Of a stretch of 64,000 nt of DNA, positions 1-14,084 are shown in pieces. Under the pieces are notes generated by a model. It was not told the origin of the DNA, did no database searches, and saw nothing but the letters and a program-made list of their open reading frames with translations. Source of the DNA: Haliotis rubra (taxonomy: Eukaryota). Every line of letters starts with the position of its first letter. The stretch's first letter is position 1. The DNA lies in NCBI RefSeq assembly GCF_003918875.1, contig NW_025767210.1, forward strand, positions 62,001 through 126,000. Direction: 5' to 3'. Position numbers and translations under genes: made by a program.

Positions 1-3000
1 TTCTGTACAGAGGACGATGATGTGATACAGACACTATAAACGACGGTGATTGTGTAAAATCATGTTATCAACACTTTTGTTACATATTTTGACGATTGTT
101 TGAACACAATAGGTAATTAATGGATTTTTAAAAAATCCAAACGCCTACGCGTTTCTTTTTGGGATAGTATATAATTTTCATAGTATGAGAATCCTATACT
201 TGACCATTAGTATTTCACTTACTGCCAGTTGAAAGTTGCCCCGGAGCCATTGCTGAAATCATAAAGATGTGTACAATCATTTTAGAAATAATTTCTATAA
301 ACAGAGTGCGTTCATGCAGTCATTATGCAGTTGCCCACACAGTTTAAACCCGAGCAGGCAGGTGTGTACACAAAGTTGATTTACACAAAGTACCAACACA
401 CGTGGTGTACATTCATAAATCCGTCAAAGAAAACACGTTATTAAAGTCAAATCTTACCAATAAACATGTACACAACATTAACGACAGAACAATGCCACAT
501 GTAGCAGTAATGAAGCTTTGGACACAGTCATTCAGGAAGGATACCGTTCTCCGTTTATCACCGTGACCCGGTATATATACTGAGGGAAAAACATAAGGGA
601 TCACCTGAAAGCACAAGTGTTCCTTTATTTGTTTCCAGGTTTCTTCACAAGCTATGCGATACAACGCTTGTGAAGCAACCTGGAAACAAATTAAGAAACA
701 TTTGTGCTTTCATGTGATCCCTTATTTGTTTCCCTCAGTATATTTCATTTTATGGAAACGTAAGGAATGAAAAGAGGATTGTCAGCCAATCAAATGCCCC
801 AAACACTTGCAGTGTATTAGTTGTGTTATGGTATTACAGGGCTCCAGATAAGGGCCGTATCGGCGTATGTACGGATATAAAATAAGCACGATACGGTAGG
901 AAACAATTTTAAAAACGTAGCAGATACGGACCACAGCAATGGTGTACGGTTTCAGAATCATTTACAGACGTATTTATCTGAAAAAGTATTGTTTTATTGT
1001 TTACCCAAGAGTAGTAATGTTTTGGTGCATATATGAAGCGAAACACAAGATTACTGATACGCCATTAAATTCCATTCAGTACTCTAAATGTACTCAATGT
1101 TTCCAGTACTCCTATATTGAAAAAATAAGGAGTACGTACTCCTGATTATGAAAAATTATCTGGAGCCCTGGTATTATATAGGTATACACATGAACCCCAT
1201 CCGTTTTCAGTATCTACAATGCAAGGACTTACTGGTTGTAGTGGTTCCTGGCGTGGTAGGACTGGTCGGACCTGAAGCCAGGGACAGACATAGTGAGTTG
1301 GGCAATTGTAGCTCTGGTGCTACACCCGTATATATGTAACGTTAGCTTACTACAGAGAAGGTGTTTATCAAATGAAGCTGTATTTGTTGACGTTTGTCAG
1401 CTTGACACAGAGACCTACGAGAACAAATTCGATGATATGCAAAGCATAACCAAATATTTAGTTTGAACTCTAAACTGTTATTATCTAAAGCGAACTGTAT
1501 CAACACGGAGCGTTGCCTTTGACGTGACGTCATGTCAAAAAATTCTTTCTGAGTGCATAAAGCTTATAAAAAGGCGGCTACGAAAAGACTATGTTATTCA
1601 CCACTTCAAATAAAAGCTGTAATGTTGGAACTGCAAAGACACGTAGACCCGGTGGATGGTGGAAATGTATTAACATTGAACGCCCTCTGAACTTTGGGTG
1701 TGTGTTAGAAAGTAATTAAGAAGGCTAGAAGACTCGCTGAAGATGGAGATTGTGCCATGAATCTGTCCTACCTTGACAGGTGGGGGGAGTTTATGTCACA
1801 GAACTTGATGTTGTCGTTCCACACAGTCCCGGGAGGACAGGGGTTGTTGTCAGTGATCTTCTCGCTGACACATCGCACATAAACATCACAGCCCTGACAG
1901 GACTGGTAGAAGCCATCACCCTTACTGCTGCAGTCGCTGACACATTCTGTACAGAGGACGATAATGTGATACAAACACTATAAACGATGGGGATATAGGT
2001 ACTGAACTCACTTACAATGCAAGTTTGAATACATATGGAAATGTTTGTTTCGATACCAAGCTATATGCAGGTTTGAATTAACGGATCCAAATGATTGTGC
2101 CTAAGGCACTGGGGGTATGAGTGAGTATGGTTTTACGCCGCTTTTAGCAACAGTCCAGCAATAACACAACAGAAATGGGCTTCACACATTGTACCCATTT
2201 GGGGAATCGAACCCGGGCCTTCAGGCTGACGTGCGAACGCTGTAAGCACTAGGCTATTCCACTGCGCCTCTATGGTAATGAAGCTTCCATTTCAACTTAT
2301 ACACATTTAGAACTACGTAATTATATGTACACAGCATCAAGTGTATTTCAGTTTCAGCATTATTTTATTCTCTAAGTCTACGTCCGAGTTCAGCCTGTCA
2401 ATTAAACCACAGTCGCCATTGTGCAAGCTTACTCTATCGGTTCCTTTGGTGTTTATTGTCTTGCCCCAGCCAAATATGTTCAGCGACAGTGAGTTGACGT
2501 ATTTACGCAGGCATAAAAGCAAGCCAAGAATACCTATAACTTCTTATAGTGACATTTAGAAGCTGGTATGATCAAGAGAACGATAGATTCTAATTACGGG
2601 TATTCACTTCCATGACAACGACATTGGAATCTATGTCGAAACGTCGTCTAGACAGAATAAAGAAGTGGTATATCCATAAAAAAAATCGTCCTGATTTCTT
2701 CATCTTCTCAAATTTTAGAATGCCAATCAAAGAAAACTTGTTTATTGCACTGGATGCGAAGTTTCACTGTAGCTGCTAACACTGTTGTCAAGCAGTCGAA
2801 ATGTCTCATCCATTCCAGTCAACAAGTTGTCTGTCCATAAATAAATCGTTCCTCTATATCACAGCAGACCTAACCTGTCTGATTGTCTGTCGCTAAAACA
2901 ATCGTTCGTGTTGAAGAACAAGTGTGCCTCTGTTTAAATCCAGTTGCCGGGGATTTACTAATTTTATCTTACCTCACACATAAATGTCGCTTTCTGATTG

Positions 3001-4436
3001 CCTGCGCGCTCTTTTATTATTTTCAATGTACCCTGCTTACAAGCGAGTAACATTTCAATGTACCCCGCTGTCAATGGCAACTCATTTGGTACTTCGTGGT
3101 AGTAATTCTTTATCTCGAATAACATTGAATCACGTATGATGTACGGAAATTACCGTTTTTTTGCGAATGCAAATCGATGGAAGGGAGATAACTCTAAATC
3201 TGTTTTTCTTGTCAGCAAAATCTAGCGATGGCTACAAAAAGATTTGTACCCGTGCTTCAAACAATTCAAAATAAACATTAAGATGTTCGGTAAGATAAAT
3301 ACGTTGTTTACTGGTCCCTCGGGGCCCATGGGTTGATGTACCCTCGATGTTTGTTTATGTTCCCTGAGTCCGAACCCATGCCCCGTGACCCGTGAACAAC
3401 TTATAGTGTCCACAGCGATTATTATGTTCAAGTGTATTGGTCAGCTTGTATTTACATTTTCATTTGAGTTTCTCTTGTTTCAAGAGGTATTTTAATCACT
3501 GGTCATAATTGCCAGTTAATCACAATCATTTCATGGGGGCAAGTCATATAATTGGCCCGTTACGTAACTACCCCCAGTGCTATACATATTTTCCTAATCG
3601 CCACCTATTGTACAACTGACATATGCAGAAACCAGTGTTAATGATTCATTCACCACGCCACTCAGTTACACACCCTGTTATAATCAGATACAATCAGTCG
3701 AAATACGGTAGCATCGTTTCAGAGAAATCCATTTTGTTCATACCTTTAACAAAACACCAAATGGCATCAGTGCAAATGGCATCGGTGTTTTAATAGCAAT
3801 GCAAATAATGTCATGGATTTTGCAAACTGATCATAAATCGTCTTCTTGATCTGCGAACATATCAGAATATTGATAATCATCATAAGAATCCTATCAATGA
3901 CGATTATTTCACTTACGGCCGGTTGAAAGTTGTCCTGCAGCCATTGCTGAAATAGTAAAGAGTTATATGAATAATTATATATTATGTTAGCATGTGTGTT
4001 GTGTGTCTTTCACGTGTTGAGAATATAATTACAGAGAAAAGAAAACACCGTGTATATTTTATTGACGTCCTGTTTGCGCCCGACACGGTTTCACAACATA
4101 AATAATATGTCAGAATTTTTAGAGAACTTAGAGAATGATACAATCACGTTCGTTAGAAAACACACGTCATATTTCCTGTGGTTCCTATGTAAGGAAATAC
4201 CAACATCCTGGTGTCTATCTGTTCAGTTAGCCCCACACAAACGAACACGTGATAGCACACATGTCTTCTTTTCCAGAAAGCACAGATACAAAATATTAAC
4301 GTGAAACTGGTTGTAGTTGCCAACATTTAACCTACATTAGGTCCGAAAATGAATCACAATTTTTTATCTTTTCTTCTAGAACCTCCAATAGGCCTTCCAC
4401 AATTATCAGAATCATGTATGAATTACCTTCAGTAAA

Positions 4437-4476
<40 letters not shown>

Positions 4477-7400
4477 CGCGCGTGCGTGCGTGTGTGTGTG
4501 CGTGTGCGTGTGCGCACAACGTAAAAACTGATACTCATATATCAGCCAATTTCCCCGTATGGGCGTGACGTAAATGTTTTCGCTTTATGAACATACAGTC
4601 ACAGAAAAGACATGGTTGGTCGATCATATTACATAAATCACTTGTATTCTATAGATTGTATTTTACATAAGGAGAACCATTTCAGTATGTACAATGTAAG
4701 GACTTACTGGTTGTAGTGGTTCCTGGCGTGGTTGGACTTGTGGGACCTACAGCCAGAGACAGATATAGTGAGTTGTGTGTATGGTGGAACACTCCTTATA
4801 TATGCTACAGTTTGTCAGTTTCTCTCATAACAGTGCATTTCTGGTGTCCCCGCCGTGATATTGCTGAAATATTGCTAAAAGCGGCGTAAAACCAAACTCA
4901 CTCACTCACTCACTCATAACAGTGAGTGCATAATCTGATGGATGGTGTTTTAGGTGACGTGAACAGACCAAATGCATTTGTCAATATCTTTACGCAGTGT
5001 CTAAAGTTACCTCAGTAAGTGTCAATACATCTGTTCGTAAACATATTCATAGTGACATTGGGTAAGGAGATTATTCCATATACATAGTATCAGCAGCATA
5101 AAGTGCGAATGTTATACTGAGAGACACAAATAAAGAAACACAGGACAATTCAAGTGTTCCTTTAATGGTTTCCAGTTTTCATCACCAGCTGTGAATAGCG
5201 CTGTGGGAGGAAATCTGAGAATAAATAAAAGAAGACTGTCATGAAGTGGTGTTCCCTTATTTGTTTCCCTCAGTATATGTTCCATAAATGATAGCACGGG
5301 ACGGTCTCTATTCGTACCGTATAATACTTACAATGTGAAAACAGGATAATAATATCTTGTTCTTTAGGCTGAGGATGGTGTTTCGTGTGATCATTGAAAG
5401 CATTTCAGTCATTGATATAAACACGAATCTGTCAGCATGATGTTCCTACCTTGACAGGTGGGAGAGTTTATGTCACAGAACTTGATGTTGTCGTTCCACA
5501 CAGTCCCGGGAGGACAGGGGTTGTTGTCAGTGATCTTCTCGCTGACACATCGCACATAAACATTACAACCCTGACAGGACTGGTAGAAGCCATCACCCTT
5601 ACTGCTGCAGTCGCTGACACATTCTGTACAGAGGACGATAATGTGATGCAAACACTATAAACGATGGTGATATAGGTACTGAAGCTCACCCAACAAAAAG
5701 AAAGGAGAATATAGTATAATATAATTTGAAATAAAGGCAGTTTAGCTAAATGCAAATATGATGAGGTTAGTTCAAGGTTGTGAAAATTACTTTCATCACC
5801 ATCAATTTACCATGCTTTAACCTATAGTGTCCCAGTCGTCTAAGGTGCTAATGTGCTGTGGGGAGTTGTACCTCTGTTTGACAGCACCTTACCCGTGTTT
5901 GTGAGATTCACCACAGTGGTAAATACCTGTAATCTCCGTGTCCAACCCCCTCCCCAGCCACATCCCCGCTACATACATCGTGATACAACCGGAATGATGT
6001 TAAAAGCGGCACTAGACAATATCACTCTAAATAGATACATCCATTACTCAATAAGTACCTTTAACTAAATACCTTCATATTGAAATATATTTACTTACGG
6101 CCATTAGAGAGTTGTCCTGCAACAGCGACTGTAATGGGAATTTCATAGGTTTATTTTATACACTATGAAAATAGTTAAGCACCAACCGTTTGATGCATAC
6201 TTTCAAGCCTGATTTGGAATATCTACACCTGGCATTTTTCTCATTGCGGTACATTCGTAACAACTCGCCTCTTTCCGTGACCTACAAGAAGACTCGTACC
6301 CCTATCGTACGCCATTATTGCCAAGAATCGTGGCAAACCAATCAAATCGCGCGTAGTAAAACGCATTTCGAAGCATGAAAATGGCGGCACCGTTGAAGTT
6401 TGAAACTTCGCTGAACTATGCAAAGCACAATTTAAACATAAACTTTGAGCTAAAGGATCAGAAACTGTAAACACTGAAACATATTTACAAAGGGAATGAC
6501 TGTATTGCTCTTTTGCCCACGGGAAAAAGGATATTCTAGGAGCCATGTTTGGAAATTCAGAGTTATCTTTCCTTGGCAATAGTACTAGCCTATTTTAATC
6601 TCCATGCCCGTTTGCGCTTAGACAGGGCCCAGTCGTAAACATGGCCACGAAAAGGGTACGAGACGCCATCCGGCTTGCCGGAATGACACGAGTAGTTACG
6701 AATGATTGCGGTACTGCCCGGGATACTCCAGACCGTCCAGGCAGGTGACGTGTCGCAATAGTTTCAGAGATACCAAACAGACACGGCTAAAATTTGATAT
6801 ATATATTTGCGAAGAGAAACATCACTGTGTTTAAGCATTCATAAAAAAAGGATAATGTTGGCAGAATTTGATAAACTGTGTCTCAACAGAGCAACAGGTT
6901 GTATTCTACAATGAAATTCTGGTAACGATAAATCACGCACGTCTGGAATAATGCATGCTGAATATGAAAATTATACGGTTCCTTACTTGTCGGTGTTGTC
7001 GGTGCCGCGGTAGATGGTCCAGCTGTAGCTCCACCTAGGGACGATATCAAAATGAAATTGATACTTTTATAAAGCATCTTGTTATTGTCCTTGTGGAAGA
7101 TACCCTCAGGCTGCCTCAACTATCCAAATATTCTCTAATCTCATGGTTCTTTGAAAGACGGAAAGTGTCACCTGATCCAAACGCGATTATTTACAGACCG
7201 CTGCAATTTAGCTAGAATATACTTGTTAAACAGCAAGCAGACAACCCAGTGATTCCTGTCATGTTGATGTTTTGTCCCTGTCCGATTCCACCATTGTATC
7301 TCTTCGCCCCTGCACTGTTATTGGGAAAAACTCATATATTCTATAATGACCTCAAAGCACGAATGAATTCTTTATTATTGCTTCTATCCATGGAGATGAA

Positions 7401-10400
7401 GTGAGACAGATGGGTTCGAGTCCAACCCTGCGTCTGAGTCCTAAAACGTGTGTGAGTCCTACCACGTGTCTTAGTCCTATCACGTGTCTTTCTACGCTTC
7501 CGATTCCCACAAGTTGTCCTACCACAGACATAAGCCTGATCCCCGAGTGAGTAAGGTGATTTAGTATTACGCCGCACTCAGCACTATTTCAGCTACATGG
7601 CAACGGTCTGTAAATAATCGAGTCTGGACAAGATAATCCAGTGAACAACTGCATGAGCATCGGTCTACACAGTTCGGATACGATGACATGTGACAGCCGG
7701 ACCACCCGATACCGTTAGTCGCCTCTTACGACAAGCATGACTGATCCCCTGATGTGCAACCGATGACATTAATTTACCGACGTCACACCCACCAGAAGCA
7801 ATGTTACAGCCGTTAAGGTCCATCCTCATTGCGATGTATCCGTGCCACTCTACTGGACTGACTCGGACATACTGAGCGATGACTGGACATGCGAGACTGT
7901 TCGTTACATGCGTGGTGGAGTCGGTGTTGCCGTCGAAAACCTGAAATCCAAAATATTACAGTCGCATATAATCATGCCAAGATATGAGGTCATGAATACG
8001 TGGAAACATTCATGTGCCCAAGAGATCAACGGCTCCGTCATATCATGTTCCGAATATGATACTGTTATGAGAGTGTGTTTTTTTTGTAAGTTATAATATC
8101 ATTGATTTCGTGATAGTTAATTTGGGTCACACTGTTTAAAGTTTTGAGTGTTGGTTGTAGCTTACATCTTGCATCATGTTTGGTCAATGGCAATAATATA
8201 TTTTAGCGGTACGCCTTTTTCATAGCGCTCCAGAGTTGCCTCCATTGGCTTATTTTGTTTTGATTCCCGGTCGTATGTTCGAGAAAATGGCCTAATTTTC
8301 TGAGTGGATAGTGATGCTGCCCGCATTTACTTGAATGCTCGAGAACTGTGTAAGAGCTGTATAAAGGGTGCATGTTGCATTGTGCTGCGGGGCTTTATTA
8401 CATGACTGGATTTGTGTACATCTGTCTGCCATCGTCATCGTCTGACCGTGTTTGTCTATATTCAACTGTTGTCAATGTAAACAACCTTCAATCAGTATAT
8501 CTGCTCTCACTGTAAATGTCAAGACTCTGGTGAGTTAATATCTAATATTTGTGACCCGATATTTTAGATTTGTGACTCACTTCCATTGTACTAGAAATCT
8601 GTATTGTCATTCATTGTAGTTTGCTCATTGTTTGCTCAATATATTATTGAATATTTTAGACTTGTCGTTGTTCTATTTTGATGGTTCAAGGGGGACTCTT
8701 AAACCTGTTGTCACGGCAACTAATTAACCGTAACAATACAGGTCGAAATGTTATTTAAGATTTGCCGGAATCTTTGCGTGCGTGAGTTCGTTCTATTTTC
8801 TATACTACATGGTTTAAAAAAATCAGTGATTACAATGTTCTTGTCGGCCATTGTGGTGTCCATCTCGGTTTTATCAAGACCAGTGTGATCACCTACCCAT
8901 AAAATATCATTAAAAGCCCAGTTCAAATCTCATTCTGTTTGCATTTTGCACTTCAACACACCAAATTATAATAATCAATTAGTTTTTTGAAAATAGTATT
9001 TACAAATGTTTATCTCAAATTATATAAGAATTCTGTTAGGTATTTGTCCGAACTGTTACCAACCCAAACCCTTGTATTTATATGTACAGATTTACCAGCT
9101 GCGTATTAAACCAAAATTACAACTACTTTCATAACAGCTTAAATGTTTGAATACCTTTAGTCAGGCAATACCCGTGTATAGTTCACATCATGAGATATCC
9201 CATGGTTTATGGGGAATGTGGGAGATATCCAGTTTATATAAATTCACAAATCAGATGTTTGAAGTATTGGCTTAAGATTCTGGAAATGCATGAACAACGA
9301 ATACCTAAAATAGCTTATAATATGCTTGTTCATCTTGATAGCATGGGCAAGACAACTTGGGCTTCACATATTAGAAATCTTTTATTTTCTCATGGCCTTG
9401 GATTTGCATGGTTAAATCAGACAATGGGTAATGTAACTCTGTTTCTTAAACGTTTCCGAGAACAGTCAATTAATATGTTCCATCAAGAATGGCATTCGAC
9501 TCTCGAAAATAGTTCAAGGTATGATCTATATAGGTCCTTTAAGAGCCTTATCCAACCAGAAATATATTTATCTGTATTGACATCAAGAAATATCAGACGC
9601 ACATTTGTTCAGCTCCGACTAGGTTTATTAGATTTAAGTATTAATAAAGGTAGAAGATTGTCTATAGACAGAAATATGAGAATTTGTCCATTATGCACTT
9701 CATCTATTGAAGATGAAATTCATTTTATATTTGTATGTCCATATTATGATGATCTTAGAAGAAAATATATTTCAAGTAATTATCTATCAAAATATCCAAC
9801 AATAGCCTTTGTCTCGGTTCTCACTTCCAGAAATGAAACTGTTATCCGTAACCTTTCTCTATTTGTAAAACATGCTGTTGTCTTGAGAAATGATAGGATA
9901 TCTAAGCAATAACCATTATAATTGCCATTGTATTATGTACTGTAGTTATGTATATGTATGTTACTCCTTGTATATGGGCCGGAGGCCTTGAATACAATAA
10001 ACTTGACTTGACTTGACCATATGAAGTGAGTCAGTGACTTAGTTTAGTTTTACGCCGCACTCAGCAATATTCCAGCTTTTAAAAATGGTGTCGGTCTGTA
10101 ATAATCGAGCCTGGACCAGGCAATCCAGTGATCAACAGAATGAGCATCGATCTAAGCAATTGGTATACGATGACATGTGTCAACCAAATCAGCTAGCCTG
10201 ACCACCCGATCCCGTTAGTCGCATGGGTTACTTCTTTTGGGAAAATCCGTTGATCAAGGGAACCTTCAAGCGCCTTGAGCATGTACTAGTTATGTGGGTA
10301 TGCGTGCTATAAAAATATGCTATAATAATATCCTATGAATATACATATCGAACTTTAGCGAACATGCTAATAATATGATTGACGATTTGCTTACACCAGA

Positions 10401-11684
10401 TCCTGTCTTAAAGTGAGTAAATTGCATTGGAAGTAGATTTAAACAGTATTTCAGTAATATCAGTGCTTGCGTCGAATTCGAGTGGGGGCAATTTCCAGAC
10501 TGATTCAGGTGTAAGAAGTTCACCAATTTGGTAAACACACCAAACCGTGAAACACAGTCAGAACTACTTGTCCACGCTTCCTTGCACAAACTCTGGAGAG
10601 TAAATTGCCGCACCTCAGAAAACTAGGTCACCTTTTGTAGCTCACCTTCTCTGCTCCAGCGCTGTCGGTAACCGTTGTCCACGATGCACCATCCAGACTG
10701 TACTGAATAGTATACTTTGTCACCCACTGTTTGCAGCAGCCGCTGACGGGGTCGGGGTCGCGTCCCGCCGTCGTCACTGTCCGCACTACACTGGGCGCGG
10801 TAAGGTCAACCTGTAATGTGAGTTGTGGTGGTCAATGGGAGTTTGTGTGACCCCAACACAGCAATGTTCCAGCTGTACTACATGGGGCTGTAAATAATCT
10901 GGACCAGACAATCCAGTGACTGACCCAATGACACCAACCCGCACAGTGAAAATTACATGTTTCAACTAAGTCAGTAAGCATGATTTTCTGCCCCTGCTGT
11001 TCGTCTTTTACAACAAGCATGATTGCCAAAGACTCACTAGGAACTTTCCTGGAGTTGGCTTTAAGTTCCTCAAAATTGTAGCTTTCAGACATCGGATTCC
11101 TAGTTTACCTGCAACCATTGTTTTGTATCCAGATCAAGGGCGACCCAGGAGCCGACCTTGTAAGCTTGGGGGTTAGGGTCAACCTTGACGCTTAATCTTC
11201 CCCTGTAGGGGGCGTAGTCGTGAGCAGGAACCTTGCTGGTGTAGTCTGTGGAGGCGGAAAACGACGCGTCTGGTAGCGTCGCCGTCAGCGAGTCGTCACA
11301 TACACCTAAATTGAAGATTGAGTCTTCTGCTAATATGGGCATCGACAATTTACACCCTAAATTTCCCTTCCTTTTCAAACTGATGTACATGTTCAATGGT
11401 GAATTCTCAATATTTGTTCAAAATTAATCTTAGGGGCATATCTTTCACAATAATAAGAATTTTGAAATTTGCTCTGAATATAATTTTATGAAATAAGAAT
11501 ATATTTATTAAATCTACGAGACCCAGTTTCAACATTAGTGACTCAATTCCGGGAAGGAGTTTGTTCTGAGTGCCCCTGGAATATCACAGTAAGAACATGA
11601 TCAGCCTTTGTGTCCTTTGTAGGAATGCCATTCATTACTTACCTGTTGTTGTCGTTGATCCTGGAGGAACAGGAACGGCGGCAC
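1..11684 (-). CDS. Multi-exon secreted-type protein: F5/8 type C (discoidin) domain + repeated CBM14 (peritrophin-A) chitin-binding domains with Thr/Pro linkers; continues beyond window start
   Basis: Minus-strand exons with canonical AG/GT ends and compatible phases: 11643-11684, 11109-11305, 10646-10810, 7778-7940, 6987-7034, 6099-6128, 5450-5623, 4708-4746, 3917-3946, 1772-1946, 1233-1271, 223-252, plus the acceptor of another CBM14 exon at 1-2. A possible further 21-bp exon lies at 12207-12227; the first coding exon was not identified with confidence. Confidence 0.85.
578..740. mobile_element. Palindromic MITE (Tc1/mariner-type, TA-flanked)
   Basis: TACTGAGGGAAAAACATAAGGGATCAC... is inverted at ...GTGATCCCTTATTTGTTTCCCTCAGTA; almost the whole element is a hairpin. 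A related copy lies at 5115-5275. Confidence 0.7.
837..1170. mobile_element. hAT-like MITE
   Basis: TIRs CAGGGCTCCAGATAA / TTATCTGGAGCCCTG, flanked by GTATTA on both sides. Confidence 0.65.
1772..1946 (-). CDS. CBM14 exon, duplicate copy carrying a +1 frameshift near its 3' end
   Basis: Near-identical to 5450-5623 but 175 bp long; + strand GGGGGGAG here versus GGGAGAG in the other copy. Confidence 0.75.
2118..2270 (-). mobile_element. tRNA-derived SINE copy
   Basis: B-box-like GGTTCGATTCCC on the minus strand and the family 3' end (TTGCTAAAAGCGGCGTAAAACC + ACTC tail), shared with 4838-4916, 30570-30680 and 52367-52500. Confidence 0.7.
4440..4516. repeat. (TG)n/(TGCG)n microsatellite
   Basis: Direct observation. 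Confidence 0.95.
5115..5275. mobile_element. MITE related to 578-740
   Basis: TACTGAGAGACACAAATAAAGAAACAC ... GTGTTCCCTTATTTGTTTCCCTCAGTA terminal inverted repeats. Confidence 0.6.
5450..5623 (-). CDS. CBM14 / chitin-binding type 2 (peritrophin-A) exon
   Basis: 174-bp phase 1-1 exon: CVSDCSSKGDGFYQSCQGCNVYVRCVSEKITDNNPCPPGTVWNDNIKFCDINSPTCQ, with ChtBD2 cysteine spacing and the CP.G..W/F signature. Confidence 0.9.
7548..7740 (-). mobile_element. SINE family 2 fragment
   Basis: Shares the CGAGTCTGGAC...AATCCAGTG...GAGCATCG...CACCCGAT.CGTTAGTCGC core with 10025-10230, 12470-12545 and 49590-49805. Confidence 0.6.
7778..11305 (-). CDS. F5/8 type C (discoidin/FA58C) domain, three exons
   Basis: Joined exons read CDDSL...FSAST...APYRGRL...GSWVALDLDTKQWLQ | VDLTAPSVVRTVTTAGRD...QWVTKYTIQYSLDGASW... 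| VFDGNTDSTTHVTNSLACPVIAQYVRVSPVEWHGYIAMRMDLNGC, the classic FA58C motif series (WLQVDL, T.GR, WVT.Y.I.YS.DG..W, F.GN.D, YVR..P..W....AMR.....GC). Confidence 0.9.
9190..10016 (+). mobile_element. 5'-truncated non-LTR retrotransposon (LINE) 3' end, in an intron
   Basis: 240-aa ORF matching a LINE ORF2 C-terminus (VYGECGRYP, R.LKYW.KI, CPLC...EDEIHFIFVCPYY zinc knuckle), followed by AATAAA and an (ACTTG)n tail. Confidence 0.85.
10025..10230 (-). mobile_element. SINE family 2 copy
   Basis: Same core and TTTTACGCCGCACTCAGCAATATTCC end as 7548-7740. Confidence 0.6.
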
Positions 11685-14084
11685 CTGAAATTGGAAACGT
11701 AAATAAATAATAATAATAATATGAATTTTAATCCATCCATGGCTCATACTCTAAATTTTCATTTTTAGCTTTCTTGGGACTATAAAATCCAAATCACATT
11801 ACGTTCCCATCAACCCATCTACTGCTGGATGATCAGAGACATAATATGGGCAAGACATCGGCCGAAGTCGACACCATGTGTACATCAGTGTGGTACATCA
11901 TCGGAGCCCCAGAAACGTTCAGATCACACAGAGTTACCATCTGACCTGATTCTTCACAAATACAGTGAAACACCCGGACTGCATCTTTTCGGATAAACGG
12001 GTGAACAAACCTGATATAAAATATCATACAATATACAGATTTGCGTGACTAAACCAATCGGATAAACTTGTTGTAATGATCCGTATTTCGAATTCGATAA
12101 AATCTCACCTACACCTAACCACATTCATCATTTAAAGTAAGAATATATGGAATATATTTCAAGAAACATGTTAATTACATAAACATTTAAAACGAGGAAG
12201 ACTTACATTTTACGATGCCTGTTATGGCTGCAAAAATAAATGTAAAGTGGTAACGCATGTACATTTACATCTAACAGACATACAACGTCTTGGAATTTGT
12301 GTTGCGATGTGAAAAATGAGCATGAACTAACATTGACCATGGGCAGTTATACAACGACAATGAAGGATCAATTTGTAACGGCCCGACTATTTGTATGTAT
12401 ATGGAGAGGCAACTAGTGGGGTCGAGTGGACAAACGCACTAAACATAGCAGGACCGTTGTGTACCTCATAATGACAATCACTGGATTGTCTGGTCCTGAC
12501 ATGTAGCTGGAATATTGTTGAGTGCGGCGTCAAGCAACAAACAAATATGTCTGCGGCGAAAACGATATTGTTACGTTGATTATTGTACTTATCACCTTAC
12601 TTCCGTTCATAGTGGAAACAATCAGTAAGATGAACTTAGGTCGTGTTAGAATCTACATGAAATGACCAATTGTACCCTGTAATTAATTAATTATATTATA
12701 TTACCAAGATATAGCCTACAAGCTGCGTCCGCAGGTTTGGTACATATCATGTCGAATTTACATTTTAATAAACACGAATTCGTTGGTAACAAGTAGCAAT
12801 ATCACGTGACAATCACGTGACCAAACACTATGAACTAAAGATATCCATATCCAGGCTAGCAGATTCGTGGAGATTTTTACAAGACGGAGATATTCAAAAC
12901 GCTGAGTTGCATGCTTTAAACCGTATGGTAAACCATAAACAGTCCAGTTTCAGTGTTTAAAGGTGGACGTGAGGCTGACATCATCTTTCTGATAAGGATC
13001 AGTCGTCTGTATTTTACACAATGTTTCGTTTCCTTTAGTCAGTCGCTCCTTCTCTCAAACATATTTTACCTTCAGCCTTTTCTGTTATCCATGAGCTACA
13101 AATGTAGCTGGCTTGAAGAACGTGTCTTAATCGTCGTTTCAAGCCTGCACTTTCATTTTTGTAAGATTAGACATTGACCTGAAATGCGTCTTGTGAGACA
13201 TGCTCCTCGTCTGGAGTAAGGACAGACTGGCCTGAATGCTTCATACTTTGAGATCGTGGTTGTGTGATAAGGACATGGCAGGTCCAGAAAAAAAGAAGAT
13301 AGTAATGACAACAGGCACTAGGACATCTGTTGATATACAGCTATGTCTTAAATGGATAGTCGTAAATCCACATCCACTTTAAATAAAACTGGGCCAATCA
13401 ATCCAGTGACGGATATTGAGAGCAACGTCACACACCATCAAGTAGGTCACTGACCCTGACCACGTGATCCATTAAGTCGTCTTGGTTGCTTGGAATCAAT
13501 GGGAAATGAGGGAGTCCCCACACGCTAGATCGATTAGGATACAGGCCCGAAGGACGACTTGAGATCAGCTCTTCCGATACATTTCATCAACACTCCCAGC
13601 CACCTTGGCTAAGTGACTGGAGCAAGTTCAACCTCCGAGACACTATTCACATCAGTGAACCATCAATTCCTGATTTTTCCCCATTTTATGTGAAAAGGAA
13701 GCTACAAAAACCTTTCGATTGTGTTTATCTTAAGATAAGTGCGTTTTAGGCACCAACGTTTCTGTTCTGGAAACGTTTAAGACGCGACAAAACCCTTTCC
13801 ACGTCAAAAGAAATGTCTGCTAAAAGCAGAGACGACTGTACAGTTGTGACAATATCATGAGCTGTACGATGTTGGTTGTAAGCAAAACTCGACCAGACCA
13901 TCCAGTGATTGTCACCAAGCGATACGATGACAGAGCATGTGTTCATGCATCACTATGATATAACGATTATACAAGGTGTTTGCCAACTGAATAAATACGC
14001 TCTACTTTCAGCTCTATGAACTCTCTCTATCTCTGTAGATTCCCTAAACACTGAAATAATGATTCAGCAGACTATCCCAGTGAT

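Noticed and set aside
12600-12750. First (signal peptide) exon of the discoidin-CBM14 gene
   Set aside because: Two candidates (12601-12652 and about 12705-12750) have plausible splice donors, but neither gives a convincing ATG plus signal peptide; left uncalled.
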